Positions 1-14,395 of a DNA stretch of 64,000 nt are shown here, one piece after another. The notes below the pieces were generated by a model. It searched no databases and was not told where the DNA came from. It saw only the letters and a list, made by a program, of their open reading frames with translations. A program made the translations under genes and the position numbers. Within the stretch, counting starts at the first letter, position 1. Each line of letters opens with the position of its first letter. The stretch comes from Macrostomum hystrix (taxonomy: Eukaryota; Animalia; Platyhelminthes): the NCBI GenBank assembly GCA_950097015.1, contig CATNEN010000011.1, positions 1,922,001-1,986,000 on the forward strand, given 5' to 3'.

Positions 1-128
1 CCCAACCCGTTCGTTAAGAATGGCATGAATGGCGTAAATAATTCTGTTCATGCGTCCTACGAAACCAATGCCACTTTGCTACTTAACCATGCTCAAACTA
101 AACTCAAATTCCAACTCATCCGTTCAAG

Positions 129-3100
129 GCGCCAACGAGAGGCCGAGCTATCTCGACGTCGCTCCCTCCTGCAGTCCCTCCGCGACCTGTCACCCAGCCT
201 GCTAGCAGTGGGACTCGAGCCCGTTGCTCACGACGACATCAGCTTCACTGAGCCGCCTGCCGAGCCACTGGACCCATCAGGTCGCGACTCCGATGATCTG
301 CTACTCCTGGAAGCTCGCCTCAGCCCCTGCGGCCAGCTTCTTGGACCCGACGGACGCCCGTTAGACGTCGCCGACACGTATAGGGACGCCACGTACCACT
401 GCCTGCTGGCGTGGCTCATCAGCTTGTCCGGGCCGCGACCGAAGCCGCACGATCCGCTGCATGTTCTGGGACTTCGCCAGCTGGCCGACTGGCACAGCGT
501 CGGCAACATCCGCCTGCAGGTGGCCGCCTGCGCCAATCGCCAGGTGACGCTGCACCGATTTCTAGCCGACTGCAGCTTGGCCAAGGCCTGCTCAGCCTGG
601 CTCAAACTTGAGTCCGCCGACTTCTTCATCAGTCGGCATCCTCTGGCAGCTCTGCTCGGCGTCAGTCGTTCGATGGACGGCAAAGCCATTGGCGCTGATC
701 GGGTGTCATTGTTCTGGCACCCGCTGAGACGAGAGCCGTCTGGGTTGGCTGAGCACTGGCCGCCCTGCTCGCTTCCCATGGAGGCGTCGGTCCTGGAGTT
801 GGACAGAGACCTGGTGGCCGGGGAGCCGAACCTGATGCTGCGTCTGCTACGAGCCACGACAGCAGCCGGCTGCGACATTTCCGGAATTCGTCTGGTCTAT
901 CCTACGGCTGCGGTGCCGAAGCCAACAGTTGCCCTGGCTGTGCGTGGCTGCGGCGCTGTTGCGGCGATGCGCAACATTGGCGGCGTTTTTGAAGGCCGGC
1001 GAGACGGCTGGGCGGTCAGCCGCTTTGTGGAGAGCGTGCCGAGGTAATCAATGGGATTTCTTGCTGTTGATTCGACTACGAAATGGGATTTCGACTACGA
1101 AATGGGATTTCGACTACGAAATGGGATTTCGACTACGAAATGGGATTTTGACTACGAAATTGGATTTCGACTACGAAATAGGATTTCGACTACGAAATGG
1201 GATTTCGACTACGAAATGGGATTTCGACTACGAAATGGGATTTCGACTACGAAATGGGATTTCGACTAGGAAATGGGATTTTGACTACAAAATGGGATTT
1301 TAACTACGAAATGGGATTTCGACTACGAAATGGGATTTTGACTACGAAATGGGATTTTGACTACGAAATGGGATTTCGACTACGAAATGGGATTTTAACT
1401 ACAAAACGTGATTTTGACTACGAAATGGAATTTTATACTTCAAGATGGGACTATTTACTTAGAAATGGGATATTTTCAAACAACTGGATTTTGACTGTGC
1501 CTTCTTTTTTCAAATTCCCAGGGACTTATCCCGCTATTTCGGAGGCCGCGTCTCGCCTAAAATCACAGCGTCGCAGTTGCGAGCCCTGGCTCCCGACAGG
1601 GAAGAAGCTGGATTAACTGCCAGACTGCTCACGGCAGCACCGCTTGAGGACATGGCCCTGCTGGCCTCTCCACTCATCACCGAGATCGGATGGGTGAGAA
1701 ATGGAGAGAAACAGCAGATTTTAGGGATAATTTTCGGGGAGTCTTTTCGACGTTTGGCTAATTCTTGGATAATTGTACGCGGGACAATTGTCCGTGGTAT
1801 AATTGTCCGTGGGATAATTGTCCGTGGGATAATTGTAAGTGGGATAATTGTCCGTGGGATAATTGTACGTAGGATAATTGTCCGTGGGATAATTGTCCGT
1901 GGGATAATTGTCCGTGGGATAATTGTAAGTAGGATAATTGTCCGTAGGATAATTGTAAGTGGGATAATTGTACGTAGGATAATTGTCCGTGGGATAATTG
2001 TCCGTGGGATAATTGTCCGTGGGATGATTGTACGTAGGATAATTGTCCGTGGGATAATTGTCCGTGGGATAATTGTCCGTGGGATAATTGTCCGTGGGAT
2101 AATTTTCCGTGGGATAATTGTAAGTGGGATAATTGTCCGTGGGATAATTGTACGTGGGATAATTGTCCGTGGGATTATTGTACGTAGGATAATTGTCCGT
2201 GGGATAATTGTCCGTGGGATAATTGTCCATGGGATAATTTTCCGAACGATTGTTGGCTGTGGGGTTATTTTCCATCATAAAATTTCCCCGTTCGATGATC
2301 ATCCGTGGCATAATTTTTCCCGCAATAATTTTGAGTTATTTAATTATCTCAGGTGCTTCATCTGGCCAGCGAGAGCGGCTTCGCTCTGATTGGCTGTCGC
2401 AGGGTGCAGCTGCACAAAGAGGAGCTGGCTAGCCAATTAGGCATGGCCGAGAGCCAGGCCGCCTGCTTCTCCAACGGTGTCGGCTGCGTGCTGCTGCTGC
2501 GCCGGGAGAACGCCCTGCATCACGCTGGCGCCTTCATCCAGACTGCGGTGCGAGAGATCAAGTCGCGACGACAGCTGGGTGAGTTCACCTGTTAGACAGA
2601 AATGAACTCACCTGTTAGACAGATAGTATCACCTGTTACACTGATAGTATCACCTGTTAGACAGCTATCGTGTCACCTGTTAGACAGATATGGTGTCACC
2701 TGTTAGACAGATAGTATCACCTGTAAGACAGATAGGGTCACCTGTTAGGCAGATAGCATCACCTGTGAGACAGATAGCATCACCTGTTAGACAGATAGTG
2801 TCGCCTGTTAGACAGCTATGGTGTCACCTGTTGGACAGATAGGGTCACCTGTTAGACAGATAGTATCACCTGTAAGACAGATAGGGTCACCTGTTAGGCA
2901 GATAGCATCACCTGTGAGACAGATAGCATCACCTGTTAGACAGATAGGGTCACCTGTTAGGCAGATAGCATCACCTGTTAGACAGCTATGGTGTCACCTG
3001 TTGGACAGATAGGGTCACCTGTTAGACAGATAGGATCACATGTTAGACAGCTATGGTGTCACCTGTTAGACATATAGCGTCACCTGTTAGACAGATAGGA

Positions 3101-6100
3101 TCACCTGTTAGACAGATAGGGTCACCTGTTAGACAGATAGTGTCACCTGTTAGACAGCTATGGTGTCACCTGTTGGACAGATAGGGTCACCTGTTAGACA
3201 GATAGGATCACCTGTTAGACAGCTATGGTGTCACCTGTTAGACAGATAGGATCACCTGTTATACAGCTATGACGTCACCTGTTAGACATATAGGGTCACC
3301 TGTTAGACACATAGGATCACCTGTTAGACAGCTATGGTGTCACCTGTTAGACATATAGCGTCAACTGTTAGGCAGATAGGGTCACCTGTTAGACAGATAG
3401 GATCACCTGTTAGACAGATAGGATCACCTGTTAGACAGATAGTGTCACCTGTTAGACAGCTATGGTGTCACCTGTTGGACAGATAGGGTCACCTGTTAGA
3501 CAGATAGGATCACCTGTTATACAGCTATGGTGTCACCTGTTAGACAGATAGGGTCACCTGTTAGGCAGATAGGGTCACCTGTTAGACAGATAGGGTCACC
3601 TGTTAGACAGATAGTGTCACCTGTTAGACAGCTATGGTGTCACCTGTTAGACATATAGCGTCAACTGTTAGGCAGATAGGGTCACCTGTTAGACAGATAG
3701 GATCACCTGTTAGACAGATAGGGTCACCTGTTAGACAGATACTATGTCACCTGTTTGACAGCTATGATGTCACTTGTTTGACAGCTCTGGTGACACCGTT
3801 AGACAGAGAACGTCAAATTAACTGATAGTGTATAGAACAATCGAATCATGTAATCCTCACTTTATCCATTCCCTAATTAGGTGCCCCAGCGTCGCTTCTG
3901 TTCTTCGCTGTTCCTTACCTGGTGACGGTGCTGCAGACAGTTCACTGCACCCGAATCGAGTCGGTGAGAAATTTCGTGATTTAGAAGGCCAAAGTAGTGG
4001 TTAATAAAAATTGTAATATTCACGGAACAGACATTAACCCCTAGTTATGCAAGCCTGCAACGACAATTGCAATACCCGAACGCCAAATAACCCAACCTGA
4101 ACCCGCAGTTACCCAACCTGAAACTACAGTTACCCAACCTGAACCTACAGTTACCCAACCTGAACCCGCAGTTACCCAACCTGAAACTACAGTTACCCAA
4201 CCTGAACCTACAGTTACCCAACCTGAACCTACAGTTACCCAACCTGAAACTACAGTTACCCAACCTGAAACTACAGTTACCCAACCTGAACCTACAGTTA
4301 CCCAACCTGAAACTACAGTTACCCAACCTGAACCTACAGTTACCCAACCTGAACCTACAGTTACCCAACCTGAACCTACAGTTACCCAACCTGAACCTAC
4401 AGTTACCCAACCTGAACCAATAGTTACCCAACCTGAAACTACAGTTACCCAACCTGAACCTACAGTTACCCAACCTGAACCAATAGTTACCCAACCTGAA
4501 ACTACAGTTACCCAACCTGAACCTAAAGTTACCCAACCTGAACCTACAGTTACCCAACCTGAACCTACAGTTACCCAACCTGAACCTACAGTTACCCAAC
4601 CTGAACCTACATTTACCCAACCTGAACCTACATTTACCCAACCTGAACCTACATTTACCCAACCTGAACCAATAGTTACCCAACCTGAACCCCCAGTTAC
4701 CCAACCTGAACCCCCAGTTACCCAACCTGAACCTACAGTTACCCAACCTGAACCCGCAGTTACCCAACCTGAACCCCCATTTACCCAACCTGAACCCGCA
4801 GTTACCCAAAATGAACCCGCAGTTACCCAACCTGAACCTACAGTTTACACAACCTGAACCCGCAGTTACCCAACCTGAACCTACAGTTTACACAACCTGA
4901 ACCCGCAGTTACCCAAGCTGAAGACAGATGCTCACCGTGTGGAAGATTGCCGTTTCGCCGACCAGGAGCAGCTGGCGGCTCTGCTGATTTCTGGCCGAAA
5001 TTTCCAGGCCATCGCCGCCCAGCTGCTGGACCAGTTCGCCGATCTGGAGCTGCTGGGCTTAAAGTGTCTGTCGCGACTGCCGCAGCTGCATTCTCACTTC
5101 GTTGCCGAGCTGTTGCTAGGCGAAGGCGGCGGCGGGGGCGCCGAGTGGAGAGCAGCCAAGCCGCTGATGGAGCAGCCGGCGCTGGTGTTTGTGATTCGCG
5201 GAGTCGGCCTAATGCAGCGGCTGGCGGAGCTGATGCCGCATTATCCCACCTGTGGGGATTATCGGGTACTGCACACAGGCAGCTGGCATCAGGCCTACAG
5301 GTAGGCGGAGTGTAAAGAGTTCGAATCGCAGCCAATTGTTAATCTAATTATTCACTTGCAGTAGCTGTACAATGGGTAAAAATTTAAGTGGGTGTAGTAG
5401 TAGCCTCCGTTGTCCACGGACTGAATTGTTGTACACAGCATCTGACACAACTGGGCTAAGTTGCATTGGTGAAAAAAATGTAAGTGACCTTCTTTTAAGT
5501 TTTCTTTTAGTTTTGGATTTACGGTAGAAAGACAACGCTATTTCCCCTGGGGATTTTTAAATACCCACTGCCTACTTCACGATAGCTCCCAAACCGAATT
5601 ACCGATTTTCGTGAAAGTCCACCTCATGGAACAAAGTTTTCCACTCTTTTAAAATACCGGTCTTACTGCTTTCTACTGGTCTTGCTACTTGAAGAACCTT
5701 TTTTACCCGGAAACACAGAAACTTAATAGCTCTTCCCGCATTTTTTCGTGAGATTCTTAGCAGATGCGCTACTGTTAGTAGTGCACTGTGAATTTATATA
5801 GCTTTTCTATCGAGTTTCTTACTGATATCAGCATTAAAATGAAATGAATCGAATCGAATAGCCAGAGTCCAACTGCTTTCCTGCCTCATTTCCAGTCTGA
5901 CACGCAACTTTTTCGCCGATTTCGAACTATTTGAATGCCCCGATCGTCGAGCATGTCTACTCACCTGTCCGCCTGCGGTTTCGGCCACCGAATCGTCGGC
6001 GGAGATCGCTGCTCAAACTGTGCTCTCACAGCTAAGGCATCCGGGACCAGATCGCATTGCTAGCCGAAGTATTTTGCTGTTGAGCGGAGCCGGCAATTCT

Positions 6101-7420
6101 CACGACGATGATCAGCATTGGTTACTGAGAGCCGTTGCTAGGGTGGCGCGTCTGGTTGCTAGGGACTCGTTCGACCTGGACTGGCTCGGTTTGGTTGAGC
6201 CGCAACAATCGAAGGAGGAGGAGGGAGGTCAGAGAGCTGTGGAAGGCATCCATTGCGTGATGCGGCTGCGCAGAGAGAACGCAGTCGCCGCTCTGGCTTC
6301 ACGCCGGTCTGCCCTGGTGGAAGCTCTTCCGTCACGGATGATCGCCAGGGTGCCAGCCAGCTGGCGCCAGATGATTGACGTCGAGCAGATGCTGAGCTTG
6401 GATCGAGTGGTAAGCTTTTGAAATAGTATTTTTATCGTTGACCTTGAGTTTGACCTTGTGGTTTGACCTTGTAATTGACCTCGTGGCTGACCTCGTGGTT
6501 GACCTTAAGTTTGACCTTGAGTTCCTCAAGGTTAAAAATAGCGCGGTCTTCCTACTGTTATAAAAACGTCAAACCTCTCGACTACACAACAGATCGGAGC
6601 CAACGATGAGCTCTTCTCATCCCAGCAGCCTCCGTCAGCTGTCGCAGTCAGCAATCGCTATTCTGTCAACGCGTCGCCATCCGCGTCGACGACCGCCGCC
6701 AGCGACTGCGTCGGAGTTCTCTGGCGTCTACCGGAAGAACCGCTGCCTCTGCTGGCTCGACTGTGCGACCTGCTGCATCGGCGTGGCGTCCAGCTGATCG
6801 GTCTGAGAAGTCTCCGTCTGGACAACGTTTCGCCGGGCCGATGCGCCAGTGTTGGGCGCGACCTTCGACTGCGTCGCCTACTGGACAGCGCTGACGATCG
6901 TCGTGATCGAAGTCAGCTAGAAGCCGTGCTGACTGTAAGACTCAGGGGCACCTCCTGAATCTTTCCGTACACACCTAGACTACATTAGGACACCTTCAGA
7001 TACTCGTACTAGATTCTCGCTCCAGACACACATTCTGTACACCATCTTAAAGCAATAGAACCCTTACAGTTGTTGTTTGCTCTTTTCAGAACAAAGACGA
7101 GCTGTTGCCAGGCACTTATTTGGTCTTCGTCCTGGAGGGAAATCTCGTGTCACTGGGCCTGCCTAACTACCTGACGTACGTGGCCTTATAAAAATTGAAT
7201 CCCTTAATATTTGCAACTATCATCTCTCACATCCGCTGATTCTCAACATTCCAGTGAGTCGGTGCCGCCAGATTCCACTGGGCTTCTGTCTCACCTGGGC
7301 CACCCGCCGGTTGTCTATCAGACCGAAGGTGCCACAGCTGGCGCGGTTCATCTGGCTAACCGACTGAGCCTGTCGCTACTACCTAGCAACCTAATTGTTT
7401 GCCTTGACAACGCGGCTTGA
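129..7420 (+). CDS. Multi-exon protein with several degenerate nucleoside-diphosphate-kinase-like repeats (DNAAF8/Daap1-like candidate). Exons ~129-1043, 1522-1693, 2353-2578, 3881-3963, 4909-5300, 5896-6409, 6593-6934, 7090-7175, 7255-7420; the 5' end is uncertain or lies upstream of the window
   Basis: All internal junctions are GT..AG and keep one open frame to TGA at 7418-7420. Repeated NDK-fold-like segments: LLRATTAAGCDISGIRL..VALAVRGCGAV, SGFALIGCRRV..LLLRRENAL, LELLGLKCL..LVFVIRG..LHTGSWHQAYSLTRNFF, SFDLDWLGL..MRLRRENAV, LLHRRGVQLIGLRSL..LVFVLEG. No intact NxxHGSD motif. The family assignment is inference. Confidence 0.75.
1071..1428. repeat. 19-bp minisatellite (AAATGGGATTTCGACTACG) in intron 1
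   Basis: Tandem units visible directly; source of the ORFs at 929-1616. Confidence 0.95.
1765..2240. repeat. 15-bp minisatellite (GGGATAATTGTCCGT) in intron 2
   Basis: Tandem units visible; produce the RGIIV and NYPTD pseudo-ORFs. Confidence 0.95.
2570..3810. repeat. 21/23-bp minisatellite (TCACCTGTTAGACAGATAGGG / ...GACAGCTATGGTG) in intron 3
   Basis: Tandem units visible, starting at the exon 3 donor. Confidence 0.95.
4088..4922. repeat. 21-bp minisatellite (TTACCCAACCTGAACCTACAG) in intron 4, running into exon 5
   Basis: About 40 tandem units; the last unit overlaps the splice acceptor. Confidence 0.95.
6437..6525. repeat. Short 12-bp tandem repeat (TTGACCTTGAGT-like) in intron 6
   Basis: About 7 degenerate units visible. 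Confidence 0.75.
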
Positions 7421-7616
7421 ATCGATGACTATCCCTTCTTTTTTACGAAATTATAGGAAATCTTGATTGACTTCTAAGAAGACATTTAGGGGATATTTTG
7501 GAGATATGATTTACGTAAAGTTCGATTTGCTAATTTGTTTTCCGGTCCCTTTGTTACGCTAATTCAAATGTATTTAAATATATTACACTTTATTTTGATG
7601 CCAAGACCAGACCCCT

Positions 7617-9622
7617 GTCCCCTCCTCTGATCCCCTGAACCTCCTCTGATCCCCTGAACCTTCGCTGATCCCATGAAAGTCCTCTGATCCCCTGAACCCT
7701 CCTCTGATCCCCTGAACCTCCTCTGATCCCCTGAAACTACTCTGATCCCTTGAACCTCCTCTGATCCCCTGAACCCTCCTCTGATCCCCTGAACCTCCTC
7801 TGATCCCCTGAACTCTCCTCTGATCCCCTGAACTCTCCTCTGATCCCCTGAAGCTACTCTGATCCCCTGAACCCTCCTCTGATCCCCTGAACCTCCTCTG
7901 ATCCCCTGAACCTTCTCTGATCCCCTGAACTCTCCTCTGATACCCTGAACTCTCCTCTGATCCCCTGAAGCTACTCTGATCCCCTGAACCCTCCTCTGAT
8001 CCCCTGAAACTACTCTGATCCCCTGAACCTTCTCTGATCCCCTGAACTCTCCTCTGATCCCCTGAACTCTCCTCTGATCCCCTGAAGCTACTCTGATCCC
8101 CTGAACCCTCCTCTGATCCCCTGAAACTACTCTGATCCCTTGAACCTCCTCTGATCCCCTGAACCCTCCTCTGATCCCCTGAACCTCCTCTGATCCCCTG
8201 AACTCTCCTCTGATCCCCTGAACTCTCCTCTGATCCCCTGAAGCTACTCTGATCCCCTGAACCCTCCTCTGATCCCCTGAACCTCCTCTGATCCCCTGAA
8301 CCTTCTCTGATCCCATGAAAGTCCTCTGATCCCCTGAACCCTCCTCTGATCCCCTGAACCTCCTCTGATCCCCTGAAACTACTCTGATCCCTTGAACCTC
8401 CTCTGATCCCCTGAACCCTCCTCTGATCCCCTGAACCTCCTCTGATCCCCTGAACTCTCCTCTGATCCCCTGAACTCTCCTCTGATCCCCTGAAGCTACT
8501 CTGATCCCCTGAACCCTCCTCTGATCCCCTGAACCTCCTCTGATCCCCTGAAACTACTCTGATCCCCTGAACCCTCATCTGATCCCCTGAACTCTCCTCT
8601 GATCCCTTGAACCCTCCTCTGATCCCCTGAACCCTCCTCTGATCCCCTGAACCTCCTCTGATCCCCTGAATCTTCTCTGATCCCATGAACGTCCTCTGAT
8701 CCCCTGAAACTACTCTGATCCCTTGAACCTCCTCTGATCCCCTGAACCCTCCTCTGATCCCCTGAACCTCCTATGATCCCCTGAACCCTCCTCTGATCCC
8801 CTGAACCTCCTCTGATCCCCTGAACCTTCTCTGATCCCATGAACGTCCTCTGATCCCCTGAAACTACTCTGATCCCTTGAACCTCCTCTGATCCCCTGAA
8901 CCCTCCTCTGATCCCCTGAACCTTCTCTGATCCCATGAACGTCCTCTGATCCCCTGAAACTACTCTGATCCCTTGAACCTCCTCTGATCCCCTGAACCCT
9001 CCTCTGATCCCCTGAACCTCCTATGATCCCCTGAACCCTCCTCTGATCCCCTGAACCTCCTCTGATCCCCTGAACCTTCTCTGATCCCATGAACGTCCTC
9101 TGATCCCCTGAAACTACTCTGATCCCTTGAACCTCCTCTGATCCCCTGAACCCTCCTCTGATCCCCTGAACCTCCTCTGATCCCCTGAACTCTCCTCTGA
9201 TCCCCTGAACTCTCCTCTGATCCCCTGAAGCTACTCTGATCCCTTGAACCTCCTCTGATCCCCTGAACCTTTTTTTGATCCCCTGAACCCTCCTCTGATC
9301 CCCTGAACCCTCATCTGATCCCCTGAACTCTCCTCTGATCCCTTGAACCCTCCTCTGATCCCCTGAACCTCCTTTGATCCCCTGAACCCTCCTCTGATCC
9401 CCTGAACCCTCCTCTGATCCCTTGAACCCTCCTCTGATCCCGCTGAACCTCCTCTGATCCCCTGAACCTCCTCTGATCCCCTGAACCTCCTCTGATCCCC
9501 TGAACCTCCTCTGATCCCCTGAACCTCCTCTGATCCCCTGAACCTCCTCTGATCCCCTGAACCTCCTCTGATCCCCTGAACACACCTCTGATCCCCTGAG
9601 TACTCCACTGATCCCCTGAACC
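7617..9622. repeat. 19-21-bp minisatellite (CTCTGATCCCCTGAACCT(C)) downstream of the NDK-like gene
   Basis: About 2 kb of tandem units with recurring variant blocks; source of the GDQRR/RGSEE pseudo-ORFs. Confidence 0.95.
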
Positions 9623-10154
9623 CATTGATATTAGTAGCAGACGTGCTATAATTTCATAATTGCTTTCAATCACTTGAAGTGAATTCGTCCCTCAATACGT
9701 GTGCCCTGACTGATTTTCTATTAAATTGAGACTTTATTTCATTGGATTGATATGTAAATCGGATTTTTTATTTAAAACATCAGTCCCTTTAGCATTCAGA
9801 TTTCATGAATGTTCTTTGGTTACTTTTGCTTTGCTTTGCCTTCAAGAACATTTTTGCTAATTTTTTTAATATCGTATGATGTTGCTGCTTTAGCCAATAC
9901 ATGTACATGTACGAGTATCTTCAATCTACAGCAACAGTTGAATGTTCTCTTAATGAAACTGTACGTGTTCCATTTATTCGTCACTAAATTCACTCATCGA
10001 ATAAAATTCATAGCATAGTTTAGCACCATTCTAGAGCATATTTGCAAAGGCTGAATGAAGACTTCAGGAAGAATTCCGTGTTTGTCATTTAATTTTATCC
10101 TGAACAAATATACTGTCCTGAACATCCTGAACAATATTCGAAAACAAAAGCCAT

Positions 10155-10840
10155 GAGTTCTAGACACTGAAACCCTGAGATCTAGACACAGAAATCCTGA
10201 GTTCTAGGCACTGAAACCCTGAGATCTAGACACTGAAACCCTGAGATCTAGACACAGAAACCCTGAGTTCTAGGCACTGAAACCCTGAGATCTAGAAACT
10301 GAAACTCGCATATCTAGACACTGAAACTCTAAGATCTAGACACTGAAACCCTGAGATCTAGACACTGAAACCCTGAGATCTAGAAACTGAAACCCTGAGA
10401 TCTAGAAACTGAAACTCGCATATCTAGACACTGAAACTCTAAGATCTAGACACTGAAACCCTGAGATCTAGAAACTGAAACCCTGAGATCTAGAAACTGA
10501 AACCCTGAGATCTTGAAACTGAAACCCTGAGATCTAGACACTGAAACCCTGAGATCTAGACACCGAAACCCTGAGATCTAGAAACTGAAACCCTGAGATC
10601 TAGAAACTGAAACTCGCATATCTAGACACTGAAACTCTAAGATCTAGACACTGAAACCCTGAGATCTAGAAACTGAAACCCTGAGATCTAGAAACTGAAA
10701 CCCTGAGATCTTGAAACTGAAACCCTGAGATCTAGACACTGAAACCCTGAGATCTAGACACCGAAACCCTGAGATCTAGAAACTGAAACCCTGAGATCTA
10801 GAAACTGAAACTCGCATATCTAGACACCGTAACCCTGAGC
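10155..10840. repeat. 21-bp minisatellite (ACTGAAACCCTGAGATCTAGA)
   Basis: Tandem units visible. Confidence 0.95.
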
Positions 10841-11285
10841 TTACTGTAACCCTGAATAAGGAACCCAAAAGAACACTAGGTGTCGCTACTCGAACAAGGA
10901 GTTGATATTTTTTAAATCGATGTAGCCGTAGCTAATTAAAGTTTATTTGGTATTGAAATTTAATAAAAAGACCAACTAACATTAGAACAGGTATTATATT
11001 TTGTGCAGTCCGCAGTTGTCAAGAGTGCTAAAAGCGCATTCTTTTCAGGTATAAAAAAACTATATCAGCAAACTTTGGTTTGGAAAGTTAAGATATTCGT
11101 TGTCTTAAGAACTGAAAAAAGAGAAAATATATTCGGCTTTAGTCGCTTTGAGTCAATTAAAGTACGGAGATCGAATTCGGATGGAGTACAGTTAGAGCTG
11201 GGGTTACTTTCTTATTAAGTTAATAGAATATTCAAAATAGTGCCGCGTCTTTAACGGTCTTCAAACTCTGACTTGGACGAGTTGT

Positions 11286-13134
<1,849 letters not shown>

Positions 13135-14102
13135 TCTGAAGCTTTTATTTGGGGGGTTAGTTATTGGACGGAGGATAAAGGAGGCTTTAAACGGCTCGTC
13201 GTTTCGTGGCGCGGTGAAGTTGTACGGGGCGGCCTGGCGGGTCTGGTATTTATAGTCCGCCGTGGCAGAGGGAGGCTGCCCCGAATTTGGAATGGGCGCC
13301 CGCCCGGGCGTTGCTAAACAACCGGAGGGGGTGGGGGCGGTGGGCCAGTCTGACTCACAAGCCTGCAACTATTGGAAAAGCCATTAACTTCATTCCAGTG
13401 TACACTGGACATGGTCTATGTACATTGGTCTCGGATGAGTGTACAACGAGCATGAGGGGATAGAGGGACGTCAGGCCCAATTAAACGCAGGCTAAAAAAG
13501 GCGCGAGACAGAAAGAAAAATAGAGAGACGGGCAGAAGACACCACCAGTCAAACCAGTTCGCCATTCATTCATTCCTCTTCTCTTCCCTGCATCCACCCA
13601 TCTGCGCGCTCCAGTGTGTGCTGTTGGTGTGACTCAGCTAGCTCAAACAGAGCTCAAAGCATTAGCGGTTTGAGTTGGATGGAAGCAGACAATAGAATTG
13701 AAGCTAGGAGCACTGAGTGGTAGCTTTTCTCTCTCCCACAGCATCCGAACCCTTAGTTAGCTCCGTCGCCTTTCTTTCCAGGACTTGAGACCAAGATCTT
13801 TATGTCAATGTATTGAACTGTCTGCTGTTCCCTCATCTATCACACACTCCTGCATTAGCATCAATGATTTTGAAATGAGATTTTTTTTCACTTCTCAAAT
13901 TGCACTTTTGTCGTTTTTCAAGTGCCGATACATAGATATATAGACATGTAAATCTTATTTGCACTTAAAACTTTGAAATGAGTCATAGTTCCGCTCATTC
14001 AGCCCATTGCAACAATGAAAGTGATTTCCTCCAAATTAGTCACTCCTTTACAATAGTCTGAGTACCTTTTAGACATTCTGAATACCTTTTTGGATAGGCT
14101 TA

Positions 14103-14395
14103 GTAACTGTTAGACAGTTCGTACCTGTTAGACAGTTCGTACCTGTTAGAAAGTTCGTACCTGTTAGACAGTTCGTACCTGTTAGAAAGTTCGTACCTGT
14201 TAGAAAGTTCGTACCTGTTAGACAGTTCGTACCTGTTAGACAGTTCGTACCTGTTAGACAGTTCGTACCTGTTAGACAGTTCGTACCTGTTTGACAGTTC
14301 GTATTCGTACCTGTTAGACAGTTCGCACCTGTTAGAAAGTCCGTATCTGTTAGAAAGTTCGTACCTGTTAGACAGTTCGTACCTGTTAGACAGTA
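14103..14395. repeat. 18-bp minisatellite (ACCTGTTAGACAGTTCGT)
   Basis: Tandem units visible. Confidence 0.95.

Noticed and set aside
4088-4900. Mucin-like VTQPEPT coding exon
   Set aside because: The frame is open but lacks a start or compatible splice phase, and variants are non-synonymous at fixed monomer positions, as in satellite DNA.
6134-6166. X-box-like GTTGCTAGGG motifs
   Set aside because: They lie within a coding exon (AVARVARLVARD) of the NDK-like gene and are explained by protein sequence.
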